DNA of 53,586 bases from a virus (lineage: Duplodnaviria; Caudoviricetes): IMG/VR virus record IMGVR_UViG_3300007735_000754, positions 1 to 53,586 of that record, one strand, 5' to 3'. Each line of letters starts with the position of its first letter. The first letter of the stretch is position 1. The position numbers and the translations under genes were made by a program. Of the stretch, positions 21,039-30,979 are shown piece by piece. Under the pieces are notes generated by a model. That model ran no database searches. It saw only the letters and a program-made list of their open reading frames with translations, and had not been told where the DNA came from.

Positions 21039-21326
21039 TTAGCCACCGCGCCGTTCGCTAGCCATATCCAAACCCTTCCTAAAGCGTTGGGGTATTCCAG
21101 GCTTGATCTTGGCCATTAGTTCGTTCCAAGCGCCTCCAGTGGCCTTGTTGGGGCTTAAAGTGGCATCCATAGACATACCGTAGGTCTCCCCAGAATAGTT
21201 CCGAATAACCTTTTTCTTCTTGCATTTAGGGCAGGGCTTCTTGGTGGGAGCATCGTTGTCCTTCATTAGAAGTTGTTCATCAAAGCAATTTTCGCAGGAT
21301 TCGCACTTAAAAGAATATATTGGCAT
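21039..21326 (-). CDS. FmdB-family zinc-ribbon protein
   Basis: MPIYSFKC..C...CPKC. Confidence 0.85.
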   Translation of the reverse strand: MPIYSFKCESCENCFDEQLLMKDNDAPTKKPCPKCKKKKVIRNYSGETYGMSMDATLSPNKATGGAWNELMAKIKPGIPQRFRKGLDMASERRGG

Positions 21327-21327
21327 A

Positions 21328-21822
21328 TTAGGGTTTTCTCATAAACATTTTTATAACTTCCTCAAACATCATATTGTGGGTAGGTTCTTTTGGCTTTCTT
21401 AGAAGTTCCATTCCTGCCTCTTTGGGGGTTTTGTTTCCCTTAAAAAGATTGCAGTCACGGCAACATGCAACTAAGTTAACCCAAGAGTTCCCCCCACCTT
21501 TGTGTCTGGGAACGATGTGATCTACAGTAGCATCCTTGTCGGTAAGCTCCAAGGAGCAATATTGGCATGTATATTTATCGCGTCTGAGGATGTTCTTTTT
21601 GCTAGGAAAACATTTTTTGTTGGGGATTTTCACATAATACTTGAGGATAAGTACTTTTGGAATTTTGATTTCCCCGACAAGCGCCTTGACTTTAATGCAC
21701 TTTTGCCCTTCAATTTCATAATAAACCTTATTTTTTGTCATAAGGTCAAGAGCACGTCGCATGGTAATTATATTAAGAGGGCTTTGGTCAAAATTCAATA
21801 ACAGTACTGAATTTTCAACCAT
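21328..21822 (-). CDS. HNH endonuclease (McrA-like)
   Basis: VLLLN...PL, NILRRDKYTCQYC and TVDHIVPR.KGG..SW.NLV.CC..CN..K. Start placed at MVENSVLLLN. Confidence 0.88.
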   Translation of the reverse strand: MVENSVLLLNFDQSPLNIITMRRALDLMTKNKVYYEIEGQKCIKVKALVGEIKIPKVLILKYYVKIPNKKCFPSKKNILRRDKYTCQYCSLELTDKDATVDHIVPRHKGGGNSWVNLVACCRDCNLFKGNKTPKEAGMELLRKPKEPTHNMMFEEVIKMFMRKP

Positions 21823-22003
21823 TGTTTTGGAGGAAGGTCGCGAAGGAGGCAATTCTGCTCTCGTTCTGTTGTTGACTTTCTTCTTTAGACGCTTCGATTG
21901 CTTGAAGCTGGTGTATGGCTTTTGCTTTGGACTCATGCTTACCTAAAATCTTTTCACCTGAAGAGTCTGTCACGATCCAGTTATTTCCAGATTGTTTAAT
22001 CAT
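21815..22003 (-). CDS. Small phage protein (LG.H.S...A..QL.AIE.SK type)
   Basis: Late promoter CTAAATA at 22017-22011, 7 nt upstream. Confidence 0.7.
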   Translation of the reverse strand: MIKQSGNNWIVTDSSGEKILGKHESKAKAIHQLQAIEASKEESQQQNESRIASFATFLQNNG

Positions 22004-22010
22004 CTGTTAT

Positions 22011-22030
22011 TATTTAGAGAAACCTAAATA
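22011..22030. promoter_or_regulatory. Divergent pair of late promoters (CTAAATA on each strand)
   Basis: tatttag at 22011-22017 and ctaaata at 22024-22030, each 7 nt from an ATG. Confidence 0.7.
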
Positions 22031-22037
22031 ATTTGTA

Positions 22038-22217
22038 ATGAATAAAAATATTTTGGCACATTTGAATCATCTTGGCAGGAAAGCCGAAAGCATTGCAAAG
22101 CCTGTAGTTGCATCCTATAAGCCTCTTTCACCCTTTAAAACCAATAAAGTTCAAAAGCTGGTCGAACAAAAAGAACAGATGTTTGGGTTTAATCTGTCAA
22201 AAATTGCTAAAAAGTAA
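22038..22217 (+). CDS. Small basic protein, 59 aa (not in ORF track)
   Basis: MNKNILAHLNHLGRKAE...SKIAKK*, directly after a late promoter. Confidence 0.6.
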   Translation: MNKNILAHLNHLGRKAESIAKPVVASYKPLSPFKTNKVQKLVEQKEQMFGFNLSKIAKK

Positions 22218-22222
22218 AATTT

Positions 22223-25200
22223 ATGAAAAATTTTAATGATCTCATAAACGAATCAACTAGTAAAAAAGTTACATCAGATTATAACAGCTTTTTGCTAGAA
22301 AAGCAATATTTTATAACCAAAAAGACGGTTATGATTTTGACGGAGCAAGAGGAAGATAGCGGAGATCCAGAAGATGACGAAAATGCGGGAACGCATTTCC
22401 GTCCACACTTGGGTGGAAAGTATTTCGTACACGTTGACATTGACGGAAAAAGAGACATTAAAGTAGTAAACACCCCACAAGAAGCGGCCTTGATTGCACA
22501 AAAATATCCCGGTACTGTTGCCTATAATTTTAAAGGGGATGTATTAGATTTAAATTCAAATGAAGGTTACATAGCAGAAGAAGAAGATACCAGAAGTAGA
22601 AGGGGTATGCCAGAAGTAGAGTCTGATGATTCTTGGGCCAACCCATGGCATCTTCTTGGTGCAGTTGACTCTGTCGCAAAAGCATGGAGAGGCAAGGAGA
22701 AGGGAGCAGCTATCCGAGTAACTGCTCCTGAGTTTGCCGGACCAAGAGGTGACATAGAGACATTCAATAATCTTGCAAGACGTATTGGAGTTTTTGGATC
22801 TGACAACACTCCACAAAAAACTGTATCATCAAGAGACAAAGAAGTCCAAGCAAGAAATGAAAAAATTGCAAAGTATGAACAAGAGATGTGGGGAAAGGGC
22901 TGGAAAAAAGCAGAGGATGTTGCAGTAGGAGAACCAGAGAAGGGTCCATCTCTTCCAGGACAAAAGTCCACACACCAACAAAATGTGGAACTTAAAAAGT
23001 TTAAAGAATATAATGCAACAGTTACCAAGTACCAAGGAAAGGCGCTACAAGATTATTATGATGCCAATCCAGATAAGTTTGAAGAACATGAAGGATTCAT
23101 GGACTCAAACACTGCAACTCGGCTGATGCCAATTGGTGTAAGTGAAAAAAGAGGTTCTGCCATGCCCAAAGATCTTGCTGATACAGTCAGTGGATCTTTG
23201 GCAAATCTTGGAGCACAGATTCCAGAGCTTTCAATGGTTGGAGCTGCAGCTGCTGCTGCACCAGCGGTAGCAGCAGGAGCAGTAGGGGCTATTCCCGGAG
23301 CAGCAGGAGTTGTTGCACCAGAAGCCGCCGCAGCCGCTACTTCCGGCGCAATCACAGGTGCTTTTGGTCTGCAAGGAGCAAAGGGACTTTCCGATGTAGC
23401 AATTGGAACGGAAAAGGGAGATGTCGTTAAAGCTGCTATGGACGCAGCTATGGCCGCTGCAGCGGGAGGCCCAGCACTCAAGGGATACGAAGCCCGCGTT
23501 AACGCACCTAAGGCATCAATGGAAGCCGGTGTTGCAAAGGCAGCTGGAGTAAAGTCTTCAGCAGATTCAGTACGAGCAATGCGAGATCAAGCAATTGCAG
23601 ATGCAAAAGCTGGCGCAGAAGCAGGAAGACTTGAAACTGGTCAAGCAAAAGAAACAAGAAGAACTTCAAACCAAAGAAAAACAGCAGCAGCCGAAGCAGA
23701 ACTGGAACAACTTCCATTTGGCTTACGTCATTTTGTAAAGGCACTAAGAGATGCCACAACACCAAAGCCAGATATTGGAAAAGTTGGGCCAGAAACACAA
23801 AGAGTCCAACGTAGCGAAATAGCAAGAGACGTCTCAAAGGATTTGGAAGCCAAATACAAGGAACAAGCACAGGATGCGCTGGATGTTGTATACGGAGATA
23901 AACATCTTCCTACGCCAGACACATCATCCTCAACTGTTGCTCCACCTTCCGCTTTTGAACAAGGTAGACTTGCGGTTCGACAGGGTGTTGAGGATGTAAG
24001 ATTTGACTTCAAGAAAGCATGGGAAAAGACTCATGGCGGAATAAAATTTGATGATGTATTCAAATCTCAAACTTTAAGAGCAATAGAAGCCCAAAGAGCA
24101 AAAGAAGAAAAAGAAGCAGCAGAAAAAGCAACCAAAAGTGTAGAAGCTGCAAATACAGCGGCTGCAGCAAGAGCACCAATCCAAAATGCAATGATTGGAC
24201 AGCTTATTCGCGGAGAGCTCTTGGCAAAGAAAGTTGGATCGGCTGTACGAGATGTCGCAGAGCCACTTATAACTCAACCGCTGAAAACAGCAACTCTCGC
24301 TACTGCTCTATCTACTGCAAGCCCAGTAAATCTTATTACACCAGAAACAGTCGGAAGACTTCCATTTGGCCAGTTGGTACAAATGATAGAGCCAGCCACA
24401 GCGGCACCCAAAACATCAAAGACTGGAATAGATACGCGATTCTTTGAAACGGAAAAACCGGCGACACCAAAAGCCGAAGCGCCTAAAGTCGAAGCACCTA
24501 AAGTTGCTTCTACCGTTAAAGCTCCGGCAACTTCTGCTCCCGCAATTTCAATTGGCGGAATGAATCAACCCATGGATCTGTCACAAATTCCAGATGAAGA
24601 AGAGTCAAAGTCTCTTGCTGTATCATCTGGGGGAATGAATCAACCTATGGATCTGTCACAAATTCCGGATGAAGAAAAACCAGATTCTCCGGTATCAATT
24701 CCATCTAGCAGACCCCAAGCTTCACCACAGCCGTCTGTAACACCAAGCACCAAAGCACCATCATCTTCACAGCAATCTGTTTTAAATGCAATTAAATCTG
24801 CTAGACAAAACATAAAATCTGTTTCTCCTAAACCATCTGATACTCCAGACGCAATACTAGACCGCTCTATGGATTCAGTTGAAGCCGCTAGAGCTGCTGC
24901 TTCTTGGAGAGCCCCCGAAAAAGAAACAGTATCTTTTGGTACTTCTGGTAAACCAACTGGCGCTGAAGCTCCAGCTATGGCACAACCTAAAATCGAACCA
25001 CAAAAGCCATCAAAGGAAGATGTTAAAAAGTTTGCCGATTTGTTTAAGTATCAAATAGGAGGAGACATTCCGCTAGACCGTTCTATGGATTCGGTTGAAG
25101 CCACTAGAGCTAAAGCCGCGTGGAGGGCTCCAGAAAAAGCAACAGTATCTTTTGGAGGCGTTGGTCCTGCGGAGACATCAAAAGTACAGCCACCAAAGGA

Positions 25201-26029
25201 AGAAACTGTTAAACCATCCAAAGAACAAATTAAAAAGTTTGCGGATCTATTTAAATATGAGGTTGGAGGTGCTGGAACCCCACCAGACCGTTCAATGGAT
25301 TCCGTAGAAGCCTCCAGATCTGCTGCTAAGTGGGCACCAGACATAGATCGCTCAATGGATTCTGTTGAAGCCGCTAGAGCTAATGCTGCATGGAGAGCTC
25401 CAGAAAAATCAACAGTATCTTTTGGTACTTCTGGTAAACCTGGTGGCGGCGAAGTTCCTTCTATGGAAGCTCCGAAGACAGAAACACAAAGACCATCCAA
25501 AGAAGACGTTAAAAAGTTTGCAGATCTATTTAAATATGAGTTCGGAGGAACAAGCCTCCCACCAGACCGTTCAATGGATTCGGTCGAAGCATCCAGAGCC
25601 AATATTAAGTGGACAACTGCGGCGCAAGCTCCGGTTGTTGTAAAGGATGTAGAAACCATAACAAATAAAGCTGAAGTAAAGAAGACTATAGAAGATACAA
25701 AAAAGGCCGAGGAACGCCAAAAAGAAGAAACTCGTAAAAACATCGATGATGCTCAAAAAGTAATTGATCAGGAAAAGGTTATAGATAAACAGATACAGAA
25801 AGCCGAAGAAGGAAGAGGCGGGGGAGAAGGAAAAACAGAACCACCAGTTGATATAACAAAACCAAGTATTGCCGCAGCAGCGGGAGGTTTGGGTGGTTGG
25901 CCATTTGGATCAGACTTTGGATATGAGGGCATTCCATTCAAGAAAGAAGCGATGCAATCCGGCATACAAAACTGGGATCTTTTGATGAAGCATATCTATG
26001 GAAAGTATGCTGGAACTGTGTCTAAATAA
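22223..26029 (+). CDS. Large low-complexity repeat protein, putative internal head protein
   Basis: N-terminal MKNFNDLINE (CTS-like), Ala/Pro/Lys-rich body and internal peptide repeats. Confidence 0.65.
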   Translation: MKNFNDLINESTSKKVTSDYNSFLLEKQYFITKKTVMILTEQEEDSGDPEDDENAGTHFRPHLGGKYFVHVDIDGKRDIKVVNTPQEAALIAQKYPGTVAYNFKGDVLDLNSNEGYIAEEEDTRSRRGMPEVESDDSWANPWHLLGAVDSVAKAWRGKEKGAAIRVTAPEFAGPRGDIETFNNLARRIGVFGSDNTPQKTVSSRDKEVQARNEKIAKYEQEMWGKGWKKAEDVAVGEPEKGPSLPGQKSTHQQNVELKKFKEYNATVTKYQGKALQDYYDANPDKFEEHEGFMDSNTATRLMPIGVSEKRGSAMPKDLADTVSGSLANLGAQIPELSMVGAAAAAAPAVAAGAVGAIPGAAGVVAPEAAAAATSGAITGAFGLQGAKGLSDVAIGTEKGDVVKAAMDAAMAAAAGGPALKGYEARVNAPKASMEAGVAKAAGVKSSADSVRAMRDQAIADAKAGAEAGRLETGQAKETRRTSNQRKTAAAEAELEQLPFGLRHFVKALRDATTPKPDIGKVGPETQRVQRSEIARDVSKDLEAKYKEQAQDALDVVYGDKHLPTPDTSSSTVAPPSAFEQGRLAVRQGVEDVRFDFKKAWEKTHGGIKFDDVFKSQTLRAIEAQRAKEEKEAAEKATKSVEAANTAAAARAPIQNAMIGQLIRGELLAKKVGSAVRDVAEPLITQPLKTATLATALSTASPVNLITPETVGRLPFGQLVQMIEPATAAPKTSKTGIDTRFFETEKPATPKAEAPKVEAPKVASTVKAPATSAPAISIGGMNQPMDLSQIPDEEESKSLAVSSGGMNQPMDLSQIPDEEKPDSPVSIPSSRPQASPQPSVTPSTKAPSSSQQSVLNAIKSARQNIKSVSPKPSDTPDAILDRSMDSVEAARAAASWRAPEKETVSFGTSGKPTGAEAPAMAQPKIEPQKPSKEDVKKFADLFKYQIGGDIPLDRSMDSVEATRAKAAWRAPEKATVSFGGVGPAETSKVQPPKEETVKPSKEQIKKFADLFKYEVGGAGTPPDRSMDSVEASRSAAKWAPDIDRSMDSVEAARANAAWRAPEKSTVSFGTSGKPGGGEVPSMEAPKTETQRPSKEDVKKFADLFKYEFGGTSLPPDRSMDSVEASRANIKWTTAAQAPVVVKDVETITNKAEVKKTIEDTKKAEERQKEETRKNIDDAQKVIDQEKVIDKQIQKAEEGRGGGEGKTEPPVDITKPSIAAAAGGLGGWPFGSDFGYEGIPFKKEAMQSGIQNWDLLMKHIYGKYAGTVSK
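24860..25612 (+). repeat. Five DRSMDSVEA.R....W repeats interleaved with three KKFADLFKY repeats
   Basis: Copies start at 24860, 25076, 25286, 25346 and 25565. Confidence 0.9.
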
Positions 26030-26068
26030 TTTGTAATTTCTGTACATTTTTGGTATAATGGCAATAAC

Positions 26069-26743
26069 GTGTTACCAGCAAAACTTTTTAATCACGATAA
26101 ACTTTCTTTAGATTCTCTTCTTCAAGAGGAAACATCAACAACGGGACGTTCCTATAAGACTCCTGATGGTGTTTTTCCTTCTGTTACCACTGTTGTTGGT
26201 TTTGAAAAACAACAGTTTTTTGCAGAATGGAGAAAGAAAAATCCAACAGAAAGCGTTAGAGTAACTACACGGGGAACAGAGTTTCATGCTCTTATAGAAA
26301 GATATCTCAATAACGAAGAGATAAACTTTGACACGATCATGCCTAACATGGTAGACATCTTTGTTCAGATGCAACCAATGTTGCATAGAATAGACAATAT
26401 TAAGATGCTTGAGGCTCCTCTGTGGTCTTCCTTAATAGGTCTTGCAGGCAGAACAGATTGCATTGCAGACTTTGATGGGAAGTTGTCGATTATTGACTTC
26501 AAGGCCAGTACCAAGCAGAAGAGAAAAAAGGATATTGAAAATTACTTCTTGCAGGCTACGGCTTATGCCATGATGCTTCAAGAACGCACTGGAGTAAAGG
26601 TAGAGCAATTCGTAATATTAATTGCGTGCGAAGACGGAACTAGTCAAATTTTTACCGATAAGCCCATTAATTACGTGAAGAAATTAAAAGAAATTATAGA
26701 AAGATACAGGGAACATATCAATGCACAGAGAGAGAATAGTTGA
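26069..26743 (+). CDS. PD-(D/E)XK (Cas4-like) exonuclease of T4-like phages
   Basis: PSVTTV, RGTEFH, E..LWS, AGRTDC, IIDFK and QATAYA. Sigma70 promoter at 26031-26059. Confidence 0.88.
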   Translation: MLPAKLFNHDKLSLDSLLQEETSTTGRSYKTPDGVFPSVTTVVGFEKQQFFAEWRKKNPTESVRVTTRGTEFHALIERYLNNEEINFDTIMPNMVDIFVQMQPMLHRIDNIKMLEAPLWSSLIGLAGRTDCIADFDGKLSIIDFKASTKQKRKKDIENYFLQATAYAMMLQERTGVKVEQFVILIACEDGTSQIFTDKPINYVKKLKEIIERYREHINAQRENS

Positions 26744-27353
26744 CATTGGCGAGCGCGTAAACAAGCGAAACACTAAACTTTGGTTTATGATGAACGAAAA
26801 TTCTCGTTCAGCTCTGCACCGAGAGCAGTTTGTACAGAACAATGGTGGTCTGTTCTACAAAAATGATCGGGGCGAGTGGATGTGGAAGAATGATTACATC
26901 GTCAAGAACGGCTATTGGCTCATGCGCCAAGAGACAGGAGAAAAGGTATTCTTTGAGAACATGAGCGAGTTCTGTCGCAAGAATGATCTTTCTATTGTAA
27001 AAATTTGCGAGATCATGAATGGGAAAAGAAAGAGTTACAAGGGATGGATCCCAATAGAAGTTCGCCCAGTCAAGGATGGAGTTGGATCGCACAAGAATAT
27101 TGGAGAAAACCCTGATCTAAAACCCAAGTACGAGATTGTAACACAGACAGCAATCTTCAAGAATTGGGCAACAAACGAGATCGTTCTGGTCACCAATATA
27201 CCAGAATTTGCCGAAAGAATCAAGGGCCAGCAAAAGGAACTCTATCTGGTTGCTCAGGGCAAGAAAAAGTTCTACAAAGACTGGACTTTGGCTACCTCTT
27301 CGACTCCTCCATCCAATTTGGCCAAAAAGAAGGCTCCCAAGAAGGAAAGCTAA
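26721..27353 (+). CDS. Protein with two NUMOD1-like DNA-binding repeats
   Basis: F.N..EF..........GKRKSYKGW and ..N..EF..........GKKKFYKDW repeats. Confidence 0.5.
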   Translation: MHRERIVDIGERVNKRNTKLWFMMNENSRSALHREQFVQNNGGLFYKNDRGEWMWKNDYIVKNGYWLMRQETGEKVFFENMSEFCRKNDLSIVKICEIMNGKRKSYKGWIPIEVRPVKDGVGSHKNIGENPDLKPKYEIVTQTAIFKNWATNEIVLVTNIPEFAERIKGQQKELYLVAQGKKKFYKDWTLATSSTPPSNLAKKKAPKKES

Positions 27354-27365
27354 ATATTATGACCA

Positions 27366-29768
27366 ATGAACTTTCAACACAATTTCCTAAAATATCTTAC
27401 AGAAGCGCAATCTAAAGGCCCAGTAAAAATGGGCACAAGTCTGGCCAAGGAGACTGCGATGGCCAGCGCTGGGGATAAAAAGTCCAGAGATGCCGCGCGC
27501 AAGCGTGCCGAACGTTCTAAGGCACCAAAGCGAAGCCAGCTTGCTGCAACCGAACTTGTCAAACAAGTCGTAGCCGTTAAAACAGCAGACGGCGCCAGCG
27601 AGCTCATTTATAAAGATTCATACAATCCAAACTTCCACGAAATCATCAACGCGGAAAAGGATTTGTCAATTGAAGACGCCAAGGCAATCACAAAGGATGC
27701 AGGGTTCGTACAGACCCAAGCTTCTCAGCAACTCTTTGGTGATTTGAAGAAAAAGGCAGAGGCGAAGGAAAGAGAAAGAGCAAAACAAGAAGCATCGGGC
27801 GAACCAAAAGGTGGAAAGCCCGGAGAAGAAATCGAAGCCGGACCAGAAGTAGAACCTAAAAAGTTTGAAAAGCCCAAAAAGATTTCCGTACAAGATCTAT
27901 TGGCAAGCATGGGATCCATGGATTCTGTTCAAATGGGTTCAATTCCATTTGATCTGCGCCAAGAGTTCTTCATGAACAACAGAGATCCAATGTCCGACAA
28001 GGACTTTGATAATATGACCTTTGAGGCAGTTGCAGCAAAGTTTGGCATTGCAAAGGTAGACATCCCGTACAACGAACAGGTAAAGAATGCTCTTATCATG
28101 CTTTCTCGTATGAAGGCCGGAGCATCAGACCAAGAACTAGGCTTCGTAACCAATCTAAAGGGCGGAGCTTTCACTCAATTCGGCAGAGAAGCATTTGAGC
28201 AAGCAAAGAAGATTCTTTCTAATGTTGGAGATGAGTGTCTGCAACTCATGGTATCTGCATCAGAAGCTGGACTTTCTGGAGTTTCTCCAGAAGGAAGAAC
28301 TGACTTCAAGTGCGGTAACATCAAGTTTGCCGTAAACTCTCAGGGTGAAATTTCTCTGTCAAGCGGCGATCCCACACAACAAGGAAAGAACGTTCGCAAG
28401 ACAATCCAAAGAAGCTTGGTTCAAACCATGCAAGACCACACTCTTGCTGACAAAGATCCAATTTATAAACAAGCAATTACATCAGTAAACGATGTAATGG
28501 CACAGAGCGCACCGGCTCTTATAAGCGATGAATCTTTCAAGCAGTTGTCAAAAGATCCTGCAATGTTTGCATTCATGCAGTCTGAGCCAGTAATAAGCCC
28601 AACTGGCGAAAACCTCGGAGCAATGGTTCTTCCAAGCGGAGAACTCAATCCGGCTATATCTTTCAAGAAGTTTGAAGATAGCATGGATAGAATCCTTGAT
28701 AAATTTATCTCACAGGAAAAAACAAACAAAGCGCCGTTCATGAGAGGTCTTATTCAGAACACGCTTGCCAACTTTGTAAGAGGCGACGGTGTAGTTGAAC
28801 CAGATGCGGCTCCTTCTCACTTGGTTACTTCTAGTGGAATATTCCCACTATCCAATGAATATCTTGCTTCTGTTGCAAACAACAGCGATATCATGGTCAG
28901 TAAGAACAATAAGGTGTTTGGTGGAAAGAAAGATGATATCAGCCGTTATAGAACCGTAATAGAGCAAGTTGAACCCGCACTAGATCCAATGGCTCAACAA
29001 CAGATGGATCCTTATTTTGAACAAAGACAAACCTTGCAAGCCGCATTGCTTCCCATTCCCGGGACACCAATCGATGCATTGGCGACAATGTTGACAAAGA
29101 ATTATAATTTTGACATGAATGTGAGCATGTTGCCCGGTGTTGAGCCAAAGGACATTCACGGAGTTGAATATAATTACATTTCTGTACACGGCAAAAAGTT
29201 TAAAATTCCAGTACATCGCGATCAAGAATTGTTGGCAGCAAGCTTCGATGAAAGCTACGCCGCAGCTAATGATCTCTTGCTGGAAAGCCTAGAGAACGAT
29301 GATGTACTGAGAGCTTTATACGAGACAGATCTGATTGATTTTGATGGTGCAGAAAATATTGTAAGCGCCCGATATGGTGGTTTAAACGAGTGCAGAGACA
29401 TCTTGATTACCGTAATGGAATCGATGGCACAAGAGATCTATGAGAAGCCTTGGTTGCTTGCAGTTTGTCAAAAGAACTTGATTGAGGGCAAAGAAAGAAA
29501 AAGAAATTACAAAAGAGAGTACAAACTTTTTCATGGAAAGCCTTCTCAGATCAAGAAGAGAGCCAAGAGAGTAACAGCTAGACGTAAGATGGAAAAACAG
29601 GGCAAGGTTCATAAGGGTGATGGTAAAGATGTAGACCATAAGCACCCACTTCGTAATGGTGGTGGAAATGGAAAGGGAAATCTTCGCGTTCGTGATCGCG
29701 GAGAGAACCGTTCTGACAATGGTAAATATAAAGGTCAATCACCAGATAAACCGAGAAAAGACAAATGA
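27366..29768 (+). CDS. Large late protein with CTS-like N-terminus and C-terminal HNH-like domain
   Basis: MNFQHNFLKYLTE, C-terminal DVDHKHPL..GG.N...NLRV....ENR and CTAAATA promoter at 27350-27356. Confidence 0.65.
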   Translation: MNFQHNFLKYLTEAQSKGPVKMGTSLAKETAMASAGDKKSRDAARKRAERSKAPKRSQLAATELVKQVVAVKTADGASELIYKDSYNPNFHEIINAEKDLSIEDAKAITKDAGFVQTQASQQLFGDLKKKAEAKERERAKQEASGEPKGGKPGEEIEAGPEVEPKKFEKPKKISVQDLLASMGSMDSVQMGSIPFDLRQEFFMNNRDPMSDKDFDNMTFEAVAAKFGIAKVDIPYNEQVKNALIMLSRMKAGASDQELGFVTNLKGGAFTQFGREAFEQAKKILSNVGDECLQLMVSASEAGLSGVSPEGRTDFKCGNIKFAVNSQGEISLSSGDPTQQGKNVRKTIQRSLVQTMQDHTLADKDPIYKQAITSVNDVMAQSAPALISDESFKQLSKDPAMFAFMQSEPVISPTGENLGAMVLPSGELNPAISFKKFEDSMDRILDKFISQEKTNKAPFMRGLIQNTLANFVRGDGVVEPDAAPSHLVTSSGIFPLSNEYLASVANNSDIMVSKNNKVFGGKKDDISRYRTVIEQVEPALDPMAQQQMDPYFEQRQTLQAALLPIPGTPIDALATMLTKNYNFDMNVSMLPGVEPKDIHGVEYNYISVHGKKFKIPVHRDQELLAASFDESYAAANDLLLESLENDDVLRALYETDLIDFDGAENIVSARYGGLNECRDILITVMESMAQEIYEKPWLLAVCQKNLIEGKERKRNYKREYKLFHGKPSQIKKRAKRVTARRKMEKQGKVHKGDGKDVDHKHPLRNGGGNGKGNLRVRDRGENRSDNGKYKGQSPDKPRKDK

Positions 29769-30961
29769 ACCTCAAGACACGACTTGAAAAATTATTAGTA
29801 GAAAAGGTCTATGCAAACTCTGGACTTGGGAAGTGGTTCAACAAAGAATCTGCTACCAGTGAGCCAGGATGGGATCGTTACGACAGCACGGGAAAGCGTG
29901 TAGGTAAATGCGGTGATTCGAAAGAAGGCGCTGCATATGCTGCTTGCTTAAGTAAGCAAAAAGCAAAAAAGCTTGGCAAGAACGGAATATCAAAGTTCGT
30001 AAAGAGAAAACGAAAAGCCCAATCAGAAAAGGGTCGCGGTAAAAAGGGTGAAGGTAAAAAGGGAAAGAAGCCAATATTTGTCAAGACAGGTGCAGCAGAA
30101 GTTAAAGAAAGCTACCAAGCAGATCTGTTTATGGTTGAAGGATTTGCGGGTAAGTCTATTTCCTTTCCAGTTGTTCGTGCTAGCGAATTAGAAGCATACG
30201 ATTTGTTCGTTGACAAAGAAGGAAATCTTTTTGAAGTCAACAATGTAGAAGAGGATGCAGGCAAGCTTTTGATTGATATTACCTGCCATACTGGTCTATA
30301 TGAAGGCGATGAACATCAGGTTCAAGTAAAGATCAATGAAGAGTTTGGTCTTTATGGTGAAGCACCAGAGAATATTATAAACGAGTGGGGCGAACTGGAA
30401 GAAGCAGCTCAAAGTGGTGGAAAGAAAGTCAAGCTGAACAAGATCATGCGGGGCGATGTAAAGAAGTACAAAGTTTTTGTCAAGAATGACAAAGGCAACG
30501 TAGTCAAAGTAAACTTTGGCGATCCCAACATGGAAATCAAACGCGATGATCCTGCACGAAGAAAGAACTTCAGAGCACGCCATAATTGCGAAACCCCCGG
30601 ACCTCGGTGGAAGGCACGATACTGGGCCTGCAAGACTTGGAGCTCGCAATCCGTTTCTTCAATGTTAGAAGAAGAAACTAAGAACAAGGCTAAAGATCCA
30701 AAGAAATGGTCTTCGTGTAAATCTCAGGCTAAACAGAAATTTGAAGTATATCCTAGCGCATATGCAAATGCTTGGGCTTCAAAGTGCTACAAACAAAAGA
30801 AGGGCAAATGGAAGAAAGTTGCTGAAGACTTCTTCCTAAACAAGCCAGATACTACATTAAGTGAGAATAATTGCATAGAGCAAATGGAAAAATCAATAGA
30901 TTTGTCCAAAAATGGCGTAGAACAATCAATCGCATATTTAAGACACTTTTTTGGCAAATAA
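29765..30961 (+). CDS. Multi-module basic late protein of T4-like phages
   Basis: Modules GL.KWF...GW, KKYKVFVK...VNFGDPNM..RR.NFRARH.C..ARYW.C and KF.VYPSAYAN.W, separated by acidic linkers. Confidence 0.7.
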   Translation: MNLKTRLEKLLVEKVYANSGLGKWFNKESATSEPGWDRYDSTGKRVGKCGDSKEGAAYAACLSKQKAKKLGKNGISKFVKRKRKAQSEKGRGKKGEGKKGKKPIFVKTGAAEVKESYQADLFMVEGFAGKSISFPVVRASELEAYDLFVDKEGNLFEVNNVEEDAGKLLIDITCHTGLYEGDEHQVQVKINEEFGLYGEAPENIINEWGELEEAAQSGGKKVKLNKIMRGDVKKYKVFVKNDKGNVVKVNFGDPNMEIKRDDPARRKNFRARHNCETPGPRWKARYWACKTWSSQSVSSMLEEETKNKAKDPKKWSSCKSQAKQKFEVYPSAYANAWASKCYKQKKGKWKKVAEDFFLNKPDTTLSENNCIEQMEKSIDLSKNGVEQSIAYLRHFFGK

Positions 30962-30979
30962 ATAGAATAGGAAACAACC

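Noticed and set aside
21823-21936. N-terminal extension of the McrA-like HNH ORF
   Set aside because: Overlaps the better-supported 21815..22003 gene; the family motif begins at MVENSVLLLN.
25051-25743. 230-aa antisense ORF with repeats
   Set aside because: Mirror of the sense-strand repeats of the 1268-aa protein.
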